From contig JADDQZ010000035.1 in assembly GCA_016781085.1 (NCBI GenBank), positions 10,253 through 74,252 of the forward strand: a DNA stretch of 64,000 nt, in the 5' to 3' direction. The position numbers were made by a program, and so were the translations under genes. Numbering within the stretch: the stretch's first letter is position 1; the number at the start of each line of letters is the position of its first letter. Below the pieces are notes generated by a model. The model ran no database searches. It was not told the DNA's origin and saw nothing but the letters and a program-made list of their open reading frames with translations. Below, piece after piece: positions 1 to 9,235 of the stretch. This stretch comes from Actinomycetota bacterium (GTDB lineage Bacteria; Actinomycetota; Thermoleophilia; Solirubrobacterales; Solirubrobacteraceae).

Positions 1-496
1 CGGGGCTAGCGCTTTCAGATCCCTCGATCGTCTGGGACTCACCGCCGACGCTGATCGAGATGCGGCGTGGCTTACGCTCCTCGGGCTTCGGAATTCGTAC
101 TTCCAGCACCCCGTTCTCAAATTCAGCCGAGATCGACTCAGGATCGATCCCCTTCGGCAAAGTGAGCGTCCGGGAAAAGGATCCGAAAGCGCGCTCTACG
201 CGATGAAAGCCCTCGCCGCTTTCCTCGCTCTCAGACTTGCGCTCGCCCGACAAGGTGAGGACGTTGTCTTCAAACTCGATGGAAAGGTCTTCCTCCTTCA
301 TGCCAGGAAGATCGGCACGCAGGACGAACGAGTCTTCCTTTTCGATCAGATCCATCGCCGGCATCCAGCGACGCAGGTTGGCGCCCGCGGTCCCGGAGGC
401 GGCGGCGGGCAGATCTGATACCGAGTTGAAGAGTCGGTTGACCTCACTCTGCAGAGAGCTGAGCTCGCGGAGCGGTTCCCACCGGATGATGCTCAT
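1..496 (-). CDS. Hsp20/alpha-crystallin small heat-shock protein (3' end runs off the left window edge)
   Basis: Absent from the ORF track because it is open at the edge. My translation from ATG (496) gives MSIIRWEPLRELSSLQSEVNRLF...AMDLIEKEDSFVLRADLPGMKEEDLSIEFEDNVLTLSGERK...FHRVERAFGSFSRTLTLPKGIDPESISAEFENGVLEVRIPK, a typical alpha-crystallin domain. Confidence 0.85.
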   Translation of the reverse strand, partial: MSIIRWEPLRELSSLQSEVNRLFNSVSDLPAAASGTAGANLRRWMPAMDLIEKEDSFVLRADLPGMKEEDLSIEFEDNVLTLSGERKSESEESGEGFHRVERAFGSFSRTLTLPKGIDPESISAEFENGVLEVRIPKPEERKPRRISISVGGESQTIEGSESASP

Positions 497-622
497 GATC
501 GGATGTCCTCCTTACTCGTACTGACTGCGACCTGCGGTACGACGCATTATGCAATCTCAGTCGACGTCTATCAAGTCTGTGGAGCGATGAACGGTCAGGG
601 CGGAGACGCTTAGGATGGACCC

Positions 623-1171
623 ATGTGGCATTGGGCGGTCGCCATCATCCCTCTTGGGTTGGACACGCTGGCGATCGCCGCCGCGCTTGGCGCCGCCGGA
701 GTGCCGTCGGGTCTACGCCTGCGGATCTCGTTGCTGTTCGCGGCGGTAGAAGGCGGGATGCCGATCCTTGGACTGCTTTTGGGAGCGCCGCTGGGCAAGG
801 CGATCGGCAATGCCTCCGACTACGTGGCCGTGATCGTCCTCGCCGGATGTGGCATCGCGATGCTGCTCGAAGACGACGATGACGAGCGCGAGCAGGCACG
901 TCGGCTCACGAGCGCGACGGGTTGGGCGGCCGTCGCGCTGGCGCTTTCGATCGGACTCGACGAGCTGGCCGTCGGCGTGTCGCTCGGCCTGCTCGACTTG
1001 CCAGTGCTGCCGGTCGTGCTGGCCCTCACTGCTCAGGCGTTCGTCTTCTCCCAGCTCGGTCTGAGCATCGGCGCACGCTTGGGGGAGCGGCTGCGCGAAG
1101 GAGCGGAGAAGCTTGCCGGCGCTGTCCTCATCGGACTCGCCGCGTGGCTGCTGCTCGCTGTTGTTAACTAA
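623..1171 (+). CDS. mntP: MntP-family putative manganese efflux pump (DUF204 membrane protein)
   Basis: 182 aa with two homologous halves of hydrophobic helices (LGLDTLAIAAALG... / SIGLDELAVGVSLG...) joined by an acidic loop. AGGA lies 8 nt upstream of the ATG. Confidence 0.7.
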   Translation: MWHWAVAIIPLGLDTLAIAAALGAAGVPSGLRLRISLLFAAVEGGMPILGLLLGAPLGKAIGNASDYVAVIVLAGCGIAMLLEDDDDEREQARRLTSATGWAAVALALSIGLDELAVGVSLGLLDLPVLPVVLALTAQAFVFSQLGLSIGARLGERLREGAEKLAGAVLIGLAAWLLLAVVN

Positions 1172-1650
1172 AGCTCGGCGTCGTCGCCGAGGATGCTGCG
1201 CCAGGCGCCGGCGAGAACGTCGAGCTCGTCGTCGCTCAAGTGATCGAGGAAAAGCCTGCGAACACCCGCCAAGTGGACTGGCCGCGCACGCTTGAGCATG
1301 TCTTCGCCTGCTTTGGTGAGCACGGCGAAGCATCCCCGCGCGTCATCACTGCAGACGTCTCGCCGTAGCAAGCCCTCGCGCTCAAGGCGGTCGACGAGTC
1401 TCGTGGTGCCCGAACGGCTGAGCAGCGTGCGGTCGGACAGCTCGGCCATCCGCAGCCGCTTCTGCGGAGCCGTGCGCAGGTAGATGAGAACCTCATAAGA
1501 CGAGAGCGGCAGGTTGATGTGCTCGCCGAGCTCCGCGTCAAGTGCCTTGAGGAGTTCGGCGTGAACGCGGAGCATCCCTCGCCACGCCGCGAGCTCCCGT
1601 TCTGAGAGCTCAAAAGACTGCCTTGTCACAGGAGAGCTGATGTTTCCCAT
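1168..1650 (-). CDS. MarR-family transcriptional regulator
   Basis: 160 aa with a winged-helix core (LSSYEVLIYLRTAPQKRLRMAELSDRTLLSRSGTTRLVDRLEREGLLRR). Its stop overlaps the mntP stop by 4 nt (convergent). Confidence 0.85.
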   Translation of the reverse strand: MGNISSPVTRQSFELSERELAAWRGMLRVHAELLKALDAELGEHINLPLSSYEVLIYLRTAPQKRLRMAELSDRTLLSRSGTTRLVDRLEREGLLRRDVCSDDARGCFAVLTKAGEDMLKRARPVHLAGVRRLFLDHLSDDELDVLAGAWRSILGDDAEL

Positions 1651-1703
1651 CCTAGCCAGGCCCCATTAATTGGCAAGCGGCGCCCGGCGTGGTGAATCCG
1701 CCT

Positions 1704-3224
1704 TCAAGGGCTCTCCATCAGCGACCGTCCGGTCATCTGAGGAGGCTGTTCGACGCCGAGCAGTTCCAGCACGGTCGGGGCAACATCGCCGAGTATCCCC
1801 TCTTCCCGCACCTCAACGCCGTCGGCCGTGACGATCACCGGAACCGGGTTGAGCGTATGCGCCGTATTGGGCGATCCGTCGGGCTCGAGCATGTAGTCCG
1901 CGTTGCCATGGTCAGCGGTGATGATGCAAGCGCCACCGGACTCCTGCACCACTTCGACAATCCGGCCAAGGCATTCGTCGACCGTTTCGACGGCTTTGAT
2001 GGCCGCTGGGATGACACCAGTGTGGCCGACCATGTCGGGATTGGCGAAGTTGATGACGCCGAATGAGAAGTTGTCACCACGCCAGTGCGAGACGAAAGAG
2101 TCGGTCAGTTCCTTCGCGCTCATTTCGGGCTTGTAGTCATACGTCGGCACGTCGCGCGGCGATGGAACCATCCGATGCAGCTCCCCTGGAAGCGGTTGTT
2201 CCTCGCCGCCATTGAAGAAATAGGTGACGTGCGGGTACTTCTCCGTTTCGGCCATGTGAAGCTGCTTGAGCCCGAGCTCGGAGATCAGCTTGGCCAGCGT
2301 CATCCGCGGATGATGCGGCGGATACACGACCGGATACCTCCAGTGTTCCTCGTATTGCGTCATCGTCGCAAAGCGATCCACCGGCGGGGCCCCTCCGCGA
2401 TCGAAGGAGTCGAAGTCCGGATCGGCGAGCGCCAACGTCAGCTGCCGGATCCGGTCGGGGCGGAAATTGAAGGAGAGAACCGAGTCGCCCGGACGGATGC
2501 GCGCGTCTTCGCCGACGAGCGTGGGCTGGATGAACTCGTCCGTCTCGCCGCGGGCGTAGGCGGCTTCAATGGCATCGGCCGCCGTCGGCGCCTGGAAATC
2601 CGAGCGACCATGAACCAGCAGGTCGTAAGCGCGCTTGGTGCGGTCCCAGCGCCGGTCGCGGTCCATGGCGAAGTAGCGCCCGACGATCGAGCCGACGCGC
2701 GCCGCGCCGGTGTGCCGGCACCACTCCTCGACGGCTTGCAGGCACGCGCTGCCGTCAGTCGGATGTGTGTCACGACCGTCGGTGAAGGCGTGGACGATGA
2801 CATCGCCCTTGCCCCACTCGGCTGCGAAGTCGATCAAGGCATGCAGGTGACGATCAGAAGCGTGCACGCGGCCGTTGGACGCCAGACCGACGAGATGGAC
2901 GCGCTCGACTCCGTCGAAGAGCTCGTGCAGGACGCGGTTGTGCGACATCTTGCCGTCGTCGATGGCAGCGTCGATGAGCGCTAGGTCTTGGGGCACGACC
3001 GATCCCGCCCCGAGGTTCAGGTGGCCGACTTCTGAGTTGCCCATCTGCCCCGGTGGTAGCCCGGCGCTCTCTCCTGAAGTGATCAAGTGGCCGTGTGGGT
3101 AGCGCTGCCACAACGAGTCGAACACGGGCGTGTCGGCAAGCGTGATGGCGTTCCAGGGCCCCGGCTCGCCGTCCGCCCAGCCATCGAGGATGATCAAACA
3201 CACGCTCGGAAAGCGCGGCGCCAT
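1704..3224 (-). CDS. gpmI: 2,3-bisphosphoglycerate-independent phosphoglycerate mutase
   Basis: 506 aa. N-terminus VCLIILDGWA, then GNSEVGHLNLGAG and ADHGNAD motifs. The start shares 1 nt with the tpiA stop. Confidence 0.95.
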   Translation of the reverse strand: MAPRFPSVCLIILDGWADGEPGPWNAITLADTPVFDSLWQRYPHGHLITSGESAGLPPGQMGNSEVGHLNLGAGSVVPQDLALIDAAIDDGKMSHNRVLHELFDGVERVHLVGLASNGRVHASDRHLHALIDFAAEWGKGDVIVHAFTDGRDTHPTDGSACLQAVEEWCRHTGAARVGSIVGRYFAMDRDRRWDRTKRAYDLLVHGRSDFQAPTAADAIEAAYARGETDEFIQPTLVGEDARIRPGDSVLSFNFRPDRIRQLTLALADPDFDSFDRGGAPPVDRFATMTQYEEHWRYPVVYPPHHPRMTLAKLISELGLKQLHMAETEKYPHVTYFFNGGEEQPLPGELHRMVPSPRDVPTYDYKPEMSAKELTDSFVSHWRGDNFSFGVINFANPDMVGHTGVIPAAIKAVETVDECLGRIVEVVQESGGACIITADHGNADYMLEPDGSPNTAHTLNPVPVIVTADGVEVREEGILGDVAPTVLELLGVEQPPQMTGRSLMESP

Positions 3225-3991
3225 CAGTGGATCATCCCGACAGCGGCGTTGACGATCTCGACGAAGGAGGCCGGATCCAGCGATGCGCCGCCCACCAGGG
3301 CGCCGTCGACGTCGGGCAGAGCCAGGAGCTCCGCAGCGTTGCCGGCGTTCAGCGAACCGCCGTAGAGCACGCGCACCTCGGCGGCGGCGTGCTTGTCGAA
3401 GCCCTCGACCAGCGCGCGCACGAAGGAAACGGCGTCTTGAGCCTGTTCAGCCGTGGCCACCAGGCCCGTTCCGATCGCCCAAATCGGCTCGTAAGCCACC
3501 ACGACTTCGGGCAGCCGGTCGCGCGGCACCTTTTCGAGTCCTTCTTGCACCTGGTGGCGCAGCTTGCGCTCGGTGTCGCCGCGCTCGCGCTCTTGCTCGG
3601 TCTCGCCGACGCAGAGAATCGGCCGCAACCCGGCTTCAAGAGCGCGTGGCACCTTGGCTTGCAGCGCACGATCGGTTTCACCGAAATACAAACGGCGTTC
3701 GGAATGCCCGAGCACGACGCCGGCGACATCGAGCTCGGACAACATCGGCGCCGAGATTTCACCGGTGAAAGCGCCGGTTTCGGCCTCGTGCATGTTTTGT
3801 GCGAAGACCTGCACGCTCGACCCACGCGCCGAGTCGACCATGGCCTGCAGCGCCGTATACGGCGGGCAGATCGCCAGCTCGACGGCATCGACGGCACCGA
3901 CCCGCGGCAGCAGTCCTTGGATGAAGGCTTCCGCTTCGTCGATCGTCTTGTTCATCTTCCAATTGCCGGCGACGAACGGAACGCGACTCAT
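3224..3991 (-). CDS. tpiA: Triosephosphate isomerase
   Basis: Starts at the internal ATG (3991) of track ORF 3224..4231: MSRVPFVAGNWKMNK...VLGHSERR...AYEPIWAIGTG. The upstream part of the track ORF is Arg/Pro-rich read-through. Confidence 0.93.
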   Translation of the reverse strand: MSRVPFVAGNWKMNKTIDEAEAFIQGLLPRVGAVDAVELAICPPYTALQAMVDSARGSSVQVFAQNMHEAETGAFTGEISAPMLSELDVAGVVLGHSERRLYFGETDRALQAKVPRALEAGLRPILCVGETEQERERGDTERKLRHQVQEGLEKVPRDRLPEVVVAYEPIWAIGTGLVATAEQAQDAVSFVRALVEGFDKHAAAEVRVLYGGSLNAGNAAELLALPDVDGALVGGASLDPASFVEIVNAAVGMIH

Positions 3992-4034
3992 GCTCGCGCC
4001 CGCGGTGCAGGGGACAGGCCGGTCGGCGTGAGCC

Positions 4035-5168
4035 TCATGCCAGCGCCTCGACCCCGGGCAGCTTCTTGCCTTCGAGCAGCTCCAACGATGCGCCGCCGCC
4101 GGTCGAGAGGTGATCGACGTCGTCGCTGAAGCCGAATTGCACCAGCGCGGCCGCCGAATCCCCGCCGCCGACCACGGTCGTACCCGGAGACTGGGCCACC
4201 GCTTCGGCGACGCGGCGGGTGCCGGCGGCAAAGGGCTCCAGCTCGAACGCCCCCATCGGCCCGTTCCAGAAGACGGTTCCCGCGCTGGCGATCACGTCGG
4301 CATAGGCTTCGGCGCTGCGCGGCCCGATATCAAGCCCCATCCACCCCTCCGGGACTTCGACCCCGTCAAGCTCGCGGCGCTCCGTCTCGGCCGAGAAGTC
4401 GCGTCCGGCAACGAGGTCGGTTGGAAGCTTGAGCTTGCCGCCGCCCTCCTCGAGGGCGCGCCGCGCTTCCGGGATCCCCTCTTGCTCGCACAGCGAGCTT
4501 CCGACGCTGTGACCCTGCGCCGCGAAGAACGGAAAGCACATCGCTCCCCCGACGAGGACCGTGTCGGCGCGTTGCAGGAAAGCGTCGAGGACGCCGATCT
4601 TGTCGGTCACCTTGGCGCCGCCGACCACGGCGACAAGTGGGCGCTGTGGTGCCTTCAGGATGCCGGCGAGGGTCTTGACCTCACGCTCGAGCAGGCGCCC
4701 TGCGGCGGAAGGCAGAAGGTGGGCCACGCCTTCGGTGGACGCGTGGGCCCGGTGAGCTGACCCGAACGCATCGTTGACGTAGGCGTCGCCGAGCGACGCA
4801 TAACGCCGTGCCAGGTCCGGATCGTTCTTGGTCTCGCCGGCGAAGAAGCGAACGTTTTCCAGCATCACGACGTCGCCGTCGGGAACCTGGTCGACATCCG
4901 GTGCGAGCGTCACCTCGGTTTGAAGCAGCTCGCCCAATCGAGCAGCCACCGGCCGCAGTGACAGCGCAGGGTCAGGACCCTTCGGCCGCCCGAGGTGTGA
5001 GCAGAGGATCAGCTTCGCGCCCTTGCCGCGCAGTTCCTCGATCGTCGGCAGCGCTGAGCGGATCCGGGTCTCGTCGGCGATCTCCCCGTCCTTGGTGAGC
5101 GGGACGTTGAAGTCCACGCGCACCACAACGCGCTTGCCGGCGACATCGAGGTCGTCGAGCGTTCGCAC
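4035..5168 (-). CDS. pgk: Phosphoglycerate kinase
   Basis: In-frame GTG at 5168, 2 nt after the gap stop: VRTLDDLDVAGKRVVVRVDFNVPL...SHLGRPKG...FWNGPMGAFE...STGGGASLE. The rest of the 628-aa track ORF is antisense/overlap noise over gap. Confidence 0.92.
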   Translation of the reverse strand: MRTLDDLDVAGKRVVVRVDFNVPLTKDGEIADETRIRSALPTIEELRGKGAKLILCSHLGRPKGPDPALSLRPVAARLGELLQTEVTLAPDVDQVPDGDVVMLENVRFFAGETKNDPDLARRYASLGDAYVNDAFGSAHRAHASTEGVAHLLPSAAGRLLEREVKTLAGILKAPQRPLVAVVGGAKVTDKIGVLDAFLQRADTVLVGGAMCFPFFAAQGHSVGSSLCEQEGIPEARRALEEGGGKLKLPTDLVAGRDFSAETERRELDGVEVPEGWMGLDIGPRSAEAYADVIASAGTVFWNGPMGAFELEPFAAGTRRVAEAVAQSPGTTVVGGGDSAAALVQFGFSDDVDHLSTGGGASLELLEGKKLPGVEALA

Positions 5169-5170
5169 GG

Positions 5171-6175
5171 TCAGAGAACCTTCAGGGCCAGCTCCACGCA
5201 GCGGTTGGAGTACCCCCACTCGTTGTCGTACCAGGCGACCACCTTGACCATGGTGCCTTCGAGCACGGACGTAAGCGCAGAATCGAAGATCGACGAGTAC
5301 GGGCTCTTGACGATGTCGGAAGAAACGATCGGCTCGTCGGTGTAGGCCAGCACGCCCTTGAACGCGCCCTGGTCGGCTTGTTCGGCGAACGCGGCGTTGA
5401 TTTCCTCTTTGGAGGTCTCGCGTGAAGAAATCACCGTCAAGTCGACCACCGAGCCGACGGGCACGGGCGCGCGAACCGCGAAGCCGTTGAGCTTGCCGTT
5501 GAGCTCGGGGATGACCGAGCCGATCGCCTTCGCGGCCCCTGTGGAAGCCGGAATCAGGTTCACGGCAGCAGCGCGTGCGCGGCGTAGATCGCGATGCGGA
5601 AGGTCTTGCAAGCGCTGGTCGGCGGTGTAGGCGTGGATCGTGGTCATCAACCCGCGGTCGATGCCCACGAGGTCGTGCAAGACCTTGGCGACGGGCGCGA
5701 GGCAATTCGTAGTGCACGACGCGTTGGAGATGACGTGGTGCGATTCGCGGTCGTAGACCTCGTCGAAGTTGACGCCGAGCGCCACGGTGACGTCCGGCTC
5801 GGTTGCGGGGGCCGAGATGATCACCTTCTTGGCCCCTGCCTCCAGGTGCCTCGCGGCATCGGGGCGCTTGGTGAAGCGTCCCGTTGCTTCGAGCACGACG
5901 TCGACTCCAAGGTCGCTCCACGGCAGCTTGCCGGGATCGGATTCCGCGAACACCTTCATGTCGTCGCCGTCTACGGCGATCGCGTCGTCGCGAACTTCAA
6001 CCGTTCCGGGAAAAGGCCCGTAGCTCGAGTCGTACTTGAGCAGGTGGCCGAGGGTCTGGGCGTCGGTCAAGTCGTTGATGGCGACGACGTCGATGTCGGC
6101 GCCGTTCTCCTTCGCGGCGCGCAAGACGTTGCGCCCGATGCGACCGAACCCGTTGATTGCTATTCGAACGGGCAT
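5171..6175 (-). CDS. gap: Glyceraldehyde-3-phosphate dehydrogenase (type I)
   Basis: 334 aa. INGFGRIGR Rossmann start, catalytic SNASCTTNCLAP, C-terminal WYDNEWGYS. Confidence 0.97.
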   Translation of the reverse strand: MPVRIAINGFGRIGRNVLRAAKENGADIDVVAINDLTDAQTLGHLLKYDSSYGPFPGTVEVRDDAIAVDGDDMKVFAESDPGKLPWSDLGVDVVLEATGRFTKRPDAARHLEAGAKKVIISAPATEPDVTVALGVNFDEVYDRESHHVISNASCTTNCLAPVAKVLHDLVGIDRGLMTTIHAYTADQRLQDLPHRDLRRARAAAVNLIPASTGAAKAIGSVIPELNGKLNGFAVRAPVPVGSVVDLTVISSRETSKEEINAAFAEQADQGAFKGVLAYTDEPIVSSDIVKSPYSSIFDSALTSVLEGTMVKVVAWYDNEWGYSNRCVELALKVL

Positions 6176-6266
6176 TGATCGAACCTTTCTGAGGGGACTC
6201 GGGACAAAGTCCGGGGCATTCCGGCAAGACGGCCCAGGGCGAGCAGGAGGCTATCGGATGCTCGGT

Positions 6267-7271
6267 TCAGTGGGCAGGCGCCCGTCGGACATCGCGATGT
6301 TGGACTTCGACCTCGTAGTCCCCGCGGCCGCGGCAGTACTCGGCCAGCGCCTCGGTGATTGCCACGGAACGGTGTCGCCCCCCCGTGCAGCCGACGGCCA
6401 CGACGAGGTGAGACTTTCCTTCCGCGACGTACTCGGGGAGCAGGAAATCGAGCATGGGCAGCACATGGCCGTAGAAGCGCTGCAACCGCCCGTCCGCGGC
6501 GATGTAGTCGACGACTTCGGGATCAAATCCGGTCTTCGGACGCAGGTCTCCGACGTAATGCGGGTTCGACAGGAAGCGGACGTCGAAGGACAGGTCGGCA
6601 TCGCGGGGCGGGCCGTACTTGTGGCCAAAAGAGAAGAAGGAGACGGCGAGCCTGCTGGGCTGATCGTGTTCGAGCAGGTCGGCGGTGATGCGGCGCCGCA
6701 ACGCGTTGGCACTCAAGCCCGTCGTATCGATGAAGGCGTCGGCGCGGTGCCGGATGGATTCGAGCAGCGCGGCTTCGCTGCGGATGCCGTCGGCGACGGT
6801 GCCCGAAGGCGCGAGCGGATGGCGGCGGCGAGTCTCCTTGTAGCGGGTCAGCAACGTCTGCTCGTCCGCGTGTAGGAAGAGCAGACGAACGGCAACGCCG
6901 TCCTGGCGCAACTCGTCGAGGACTTCGGACAAAAGCTCGAAGTGCGCGCCACCGCGGGTGTCGGAGACCACACACGCGCGCGACACCTTCGAGCCGTCGT
7001 GGACGAGGAGATCGGCGAGCTGTCGCAGCATCTCCGGAGGAAGGTTGTCGACGCAGAAGTAGCCCGCGTCCTCGAACACCTGCATGGCGAGCGACTTTCC
7101 CGCACCGGAGAAGCCGGAGATCACGACGAGATCGACGAGCATCGAATGGTCTTCGCTTCTGACCCCGGGCTCGCCCGCCGGCTTGGGGAGGTCCCCATGA
7201 CCGGCACGCGCGCGGTCGTCATGCGGACGCTTGCCCGCCGAGCGGCGCGTCAGCGTGCGCGGGGCCTTCAT
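6267..7271 (-). CDS. rapZ: RapZ (YvcJ) RNase-adapter/nucleotide-binding protein; start uncertain (7271 or 7142)
   Basis: P-loop GFSGAGKS, C-terminal GCTGGRHRSV. ATG at 7271 forms an ATGA overlap with the uvrC stop. The conserved core starts at MLVDLVVISG (ATG 7142). Confidence 0.88.
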   Translation of the reverse strand: MKAPRTLTRRSAGKRPHDDRARAGHGDLPKPAGEPGVRSEDHSMLVDLVVISGFSGAGKSLAMQVFEDAGYFCVDNLPPEMLRQLADLLVHDGSKVSRACVVSDTRGGAHFELLSEVLDELRQDGVAVRLLFLHADEQTLLTRYKETRRRHPLAPSGTVADGIRSEAALLESIRHRADAFIDTTGLSANALRRRITADLLEHDQPSRLAVSFFSFGHKYGPPRDADLSFDVRFLSNPHYVGDLRPKTGFDPEVVDYIAADGRLQRFYGHVLPMLDFLLPEYVAEGKSHLVVAVGCTGGRHRSVAITEALAEYCRGRGDYEVEVQHRDVRRAPAH

Positions 7272-9154
7272 CGGCCTGTCCGGTTGAGATGAGCGTACAA
7301 GTCGCGCGCCACTTTGGCGGGAACTCCGGGAACCGACTCGAGCTCTTCACGCGTGGCTGTCAACACGCCGTCGGGCGAGCCGAAGCGCTTGAGTAGTGCC
7401 CGCTTGCGCGTCGGCCCGATCCCGGGCAAGTCGTCCATGATCGATTCCGTCATCGCCTTGTCGCGGCGGATGCGGTGATGGGTGATCGCGAAGCGGTGCG
7501 CCTCGTCACGGATGCGTTGCAATAGCTGGAGCTCGGGCGTGTCGTGGGGAAGTACCACCGGATCAGTCATACCCGGCCGGAAGACTTCTTCGATCCGTTT
7601 GGCCAAAGAGACGACCGCGACGCCGCGGTCGCGGAAGCCCTGCAGCGGCGCGACTCCTGCGGCAAGCTGCCCTTTGCCGCCGTCGATGACGATCACATTT
7701 GGCAGAGCCGCGAACGACGCGTCGCGGTCGGCGTCGTGCGGGGAGCGCTGGCTTTGCTTTTCCCATTGCTGGTAGCGACGCGTGAGGACTTCGCTCATCG
7801 CCCCGTAGTCGTCGCCGGGGTCGACGTCGCGCACGCGAAAGCGCCGGTAATCGGACTTCTTCGGTGTTGCGCCCTCGAAAACGACCATCGACGCCGACGT
7901 GTGCGTGCCGCCGATGTGAGAGATGTCAAAGCACTCGACTCGCACGGGGAGGACGTCGAGCTCCAGCGCGGCTTGCAGGCCGCTCAGCCCCTCCACGCGC
8001 TGCTGGCGCTTGCGCTCGGCGCGCAGCTTCTCCTGATCGAGGGCGAGCCGGGCGTTGCGACCGGCGAGCTCGAGGATGCGGGCCTTGGCGCCGCGCTCGG
8101 CGACGCGCACTTCCACCTTGGCGCCGCGCCGCTCGCTCAGCATCTGGCCAAGCAGGTCGGGATCGGAATCAGCCGCCAACTCGGGTCCGACGACGATCAG
8201 GGCCGGGATCGAGAGCGAACTCGCGTAGTACTGCAAGAGGAACTCCTCCGCCACCCGGCCAGGCGCCTGCTCACCCTCGTTGTCCAGGTAGAAGGACTGA
8301 CGGTCAGATAGGACATCGTCGCGCACCTGGAAGACCTGGCCGTTGGCTTCCATGCCTTCGACGGCAACCGCCACAGCGTCGAAAGTGCCGGCACCTTCCG
8401 TGGCGACGCGCTGGCGCTCGAGCAACGCCTTGACGGCTTGGAGGCGGTTGCGCTCGAGCGCCGCCTGCTCGAAGTCCTGCTCGCCGGCGAAGAAGTACAT
8501 GCGCCGCTCGAGATCTCGTTCGATCTGCTTGAAGCGACCGGAAAGAAACGCCATGACGCCGTCGATGCCCTCGCGGTATTGCTCCTTAGAGACGTAGCCG
8601 ACACACGGCGCTCCGCAGCGCTTGATGTGGTAGTCGAGGCACGGTGAGCCGGAGTGCCGCCCCGGCTCGGCGCCTTCACACGAGCGGAACTGGAAGATCT
8701 TGCCGAGCAGGTCAAGTGTGTTGCGAACGCGCTTGGCGCTGGAATAGGGACCGAAGTAGGCGCGGTCACGCCGGTGGCGCTCGCGGGTGAAGTAGACGCG
8801 TGGATAGTCCTCGTCGAGCGAAACCGCGATGTAGGGATAGGACTTGTCGTCGCGCAGCCGGATGTTGAAGCGCGGCTTGTACTGGCGGATGAAGTTCTGT
8901 TCGGCCAGCAGCGCTTCGGCTTCGGTGTGAACCACGAGATACTCGATGTGGTCCACTTCGTCGCGCAGCGCGCGGCTGCCGTAGCGAGTCGGACTGGAGA
9001 AGTGCGAGGCGACGCGCTTGCGGATCGACTTCGCCTTGCCGACGTAGACGACGCGGCCCTTGACATCGCGGAAGAGGTAGACGCCGGGCTCGTCCGGCAG
9101 GTGGCGGCGCTGCTCCGCGACCCTGTCCGCGTTGATCGGCGATACGGCAGCCAT
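7268..9154 (-). CDS. uvrC: Excinuclease ABC subunit C
   Basis: ATG at 9154 preceded by GGAGGAAGGGG. GIY-YIG motif (GVYLFRDVKGRVVYVGKAKSIRKRV), UVR domain, C-terminal HhH (LPGIGPTRKRALL). The track ORF extends spuriously to 9745. Confidence 0.95.
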   Translation of the reverse strand: MAAVSPINADRVAEQRRHLPDEPGVYLFRDVKGRVVYVGKAKSIRKRVASHFSSPTRYGSRALRDEVDHIEYLVVHTEAEALLAEQNFIRQYKPRFNIRLRDDKSYPYIAVSLDEDYPRVYFTRERHRRDRAYFGPYSSAKRVRNTLDLLGKIFQFRSCEGAEPGRHSGSPCLDYHIKRCGAPCVGYVSKEQYREGIDGVMAFLSGRFKQIERDLERRMYFFAGEQDFEQAALERNRLQAVKALLERQRVATEGAGTFDAVAVAVEGMEANGQVFQVRDDVLSDRQSFYLDNEGEQAPGRVAEEFLLQYYASSLSIPALIVVGPELAADSDPDLLGQMLSERRGAKVEVRVAERGAKARILELAGRNARLALDQEKLRAERKRQQRVEGLSGLQAALELDVLPVRVECFDISHIGGTHTSASMVVFEGATPKKSDYRRFRVRDVDPGDDYGAMSEVLTRRYQQWEKQSQRSPHDADRDASFAALPNVIVIDGGKGQLAAGVAPLQGFRDRGVAVVSLAKRIEEVFRPGMTDPVVLPHDTPELQLLQRIRDEAHRFAITHHRIRRDKAMTESIMDDLPGIGPTRKRALLKRFGSPDGVLTATREELESVPGVPAKVARDLYAHLNRTGR

Positions 9155-9235
9155 TTCCCCTTCCTCCAGGGTAGGAAGGCGGGCGCCTGCCCGAACGAGG
9201 GCCTTGCGCGGGTTCGCGCCGGGTAGACGACTGCC

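Noticed and set aside
497-622. Possible yybP-ykoY (Mn2+) riboswitch upstream of mntP
   Set aside because: mntP is a classical target, but the 126-nt spacer lacks the conserved GGGGAGUAG and distal UUGACA/GAGAGAC elements at appropriate spacing. Only a GGAGAC fragment is present, and the spacer must also hold the divergent hsp20 promoter. An Infernal scan would settle it.
3992-4231. N-terminal extensions of track ORFs: tpiA to 4231, pgk to 5921, uvrC to 9745, the TadG-like gene to 13224, pgl to 37146, zwf to 39898, the ABC ATPase from 29323, the M50 gene from 54850
   Set aside because: The extended parts overlap upstream genes, are Arg/Pro-rich and lack homology-like motifs. Internal ATG/GTG starts sit right at the conserved N-termini, often with SD-like sequences or stop/start coupling.
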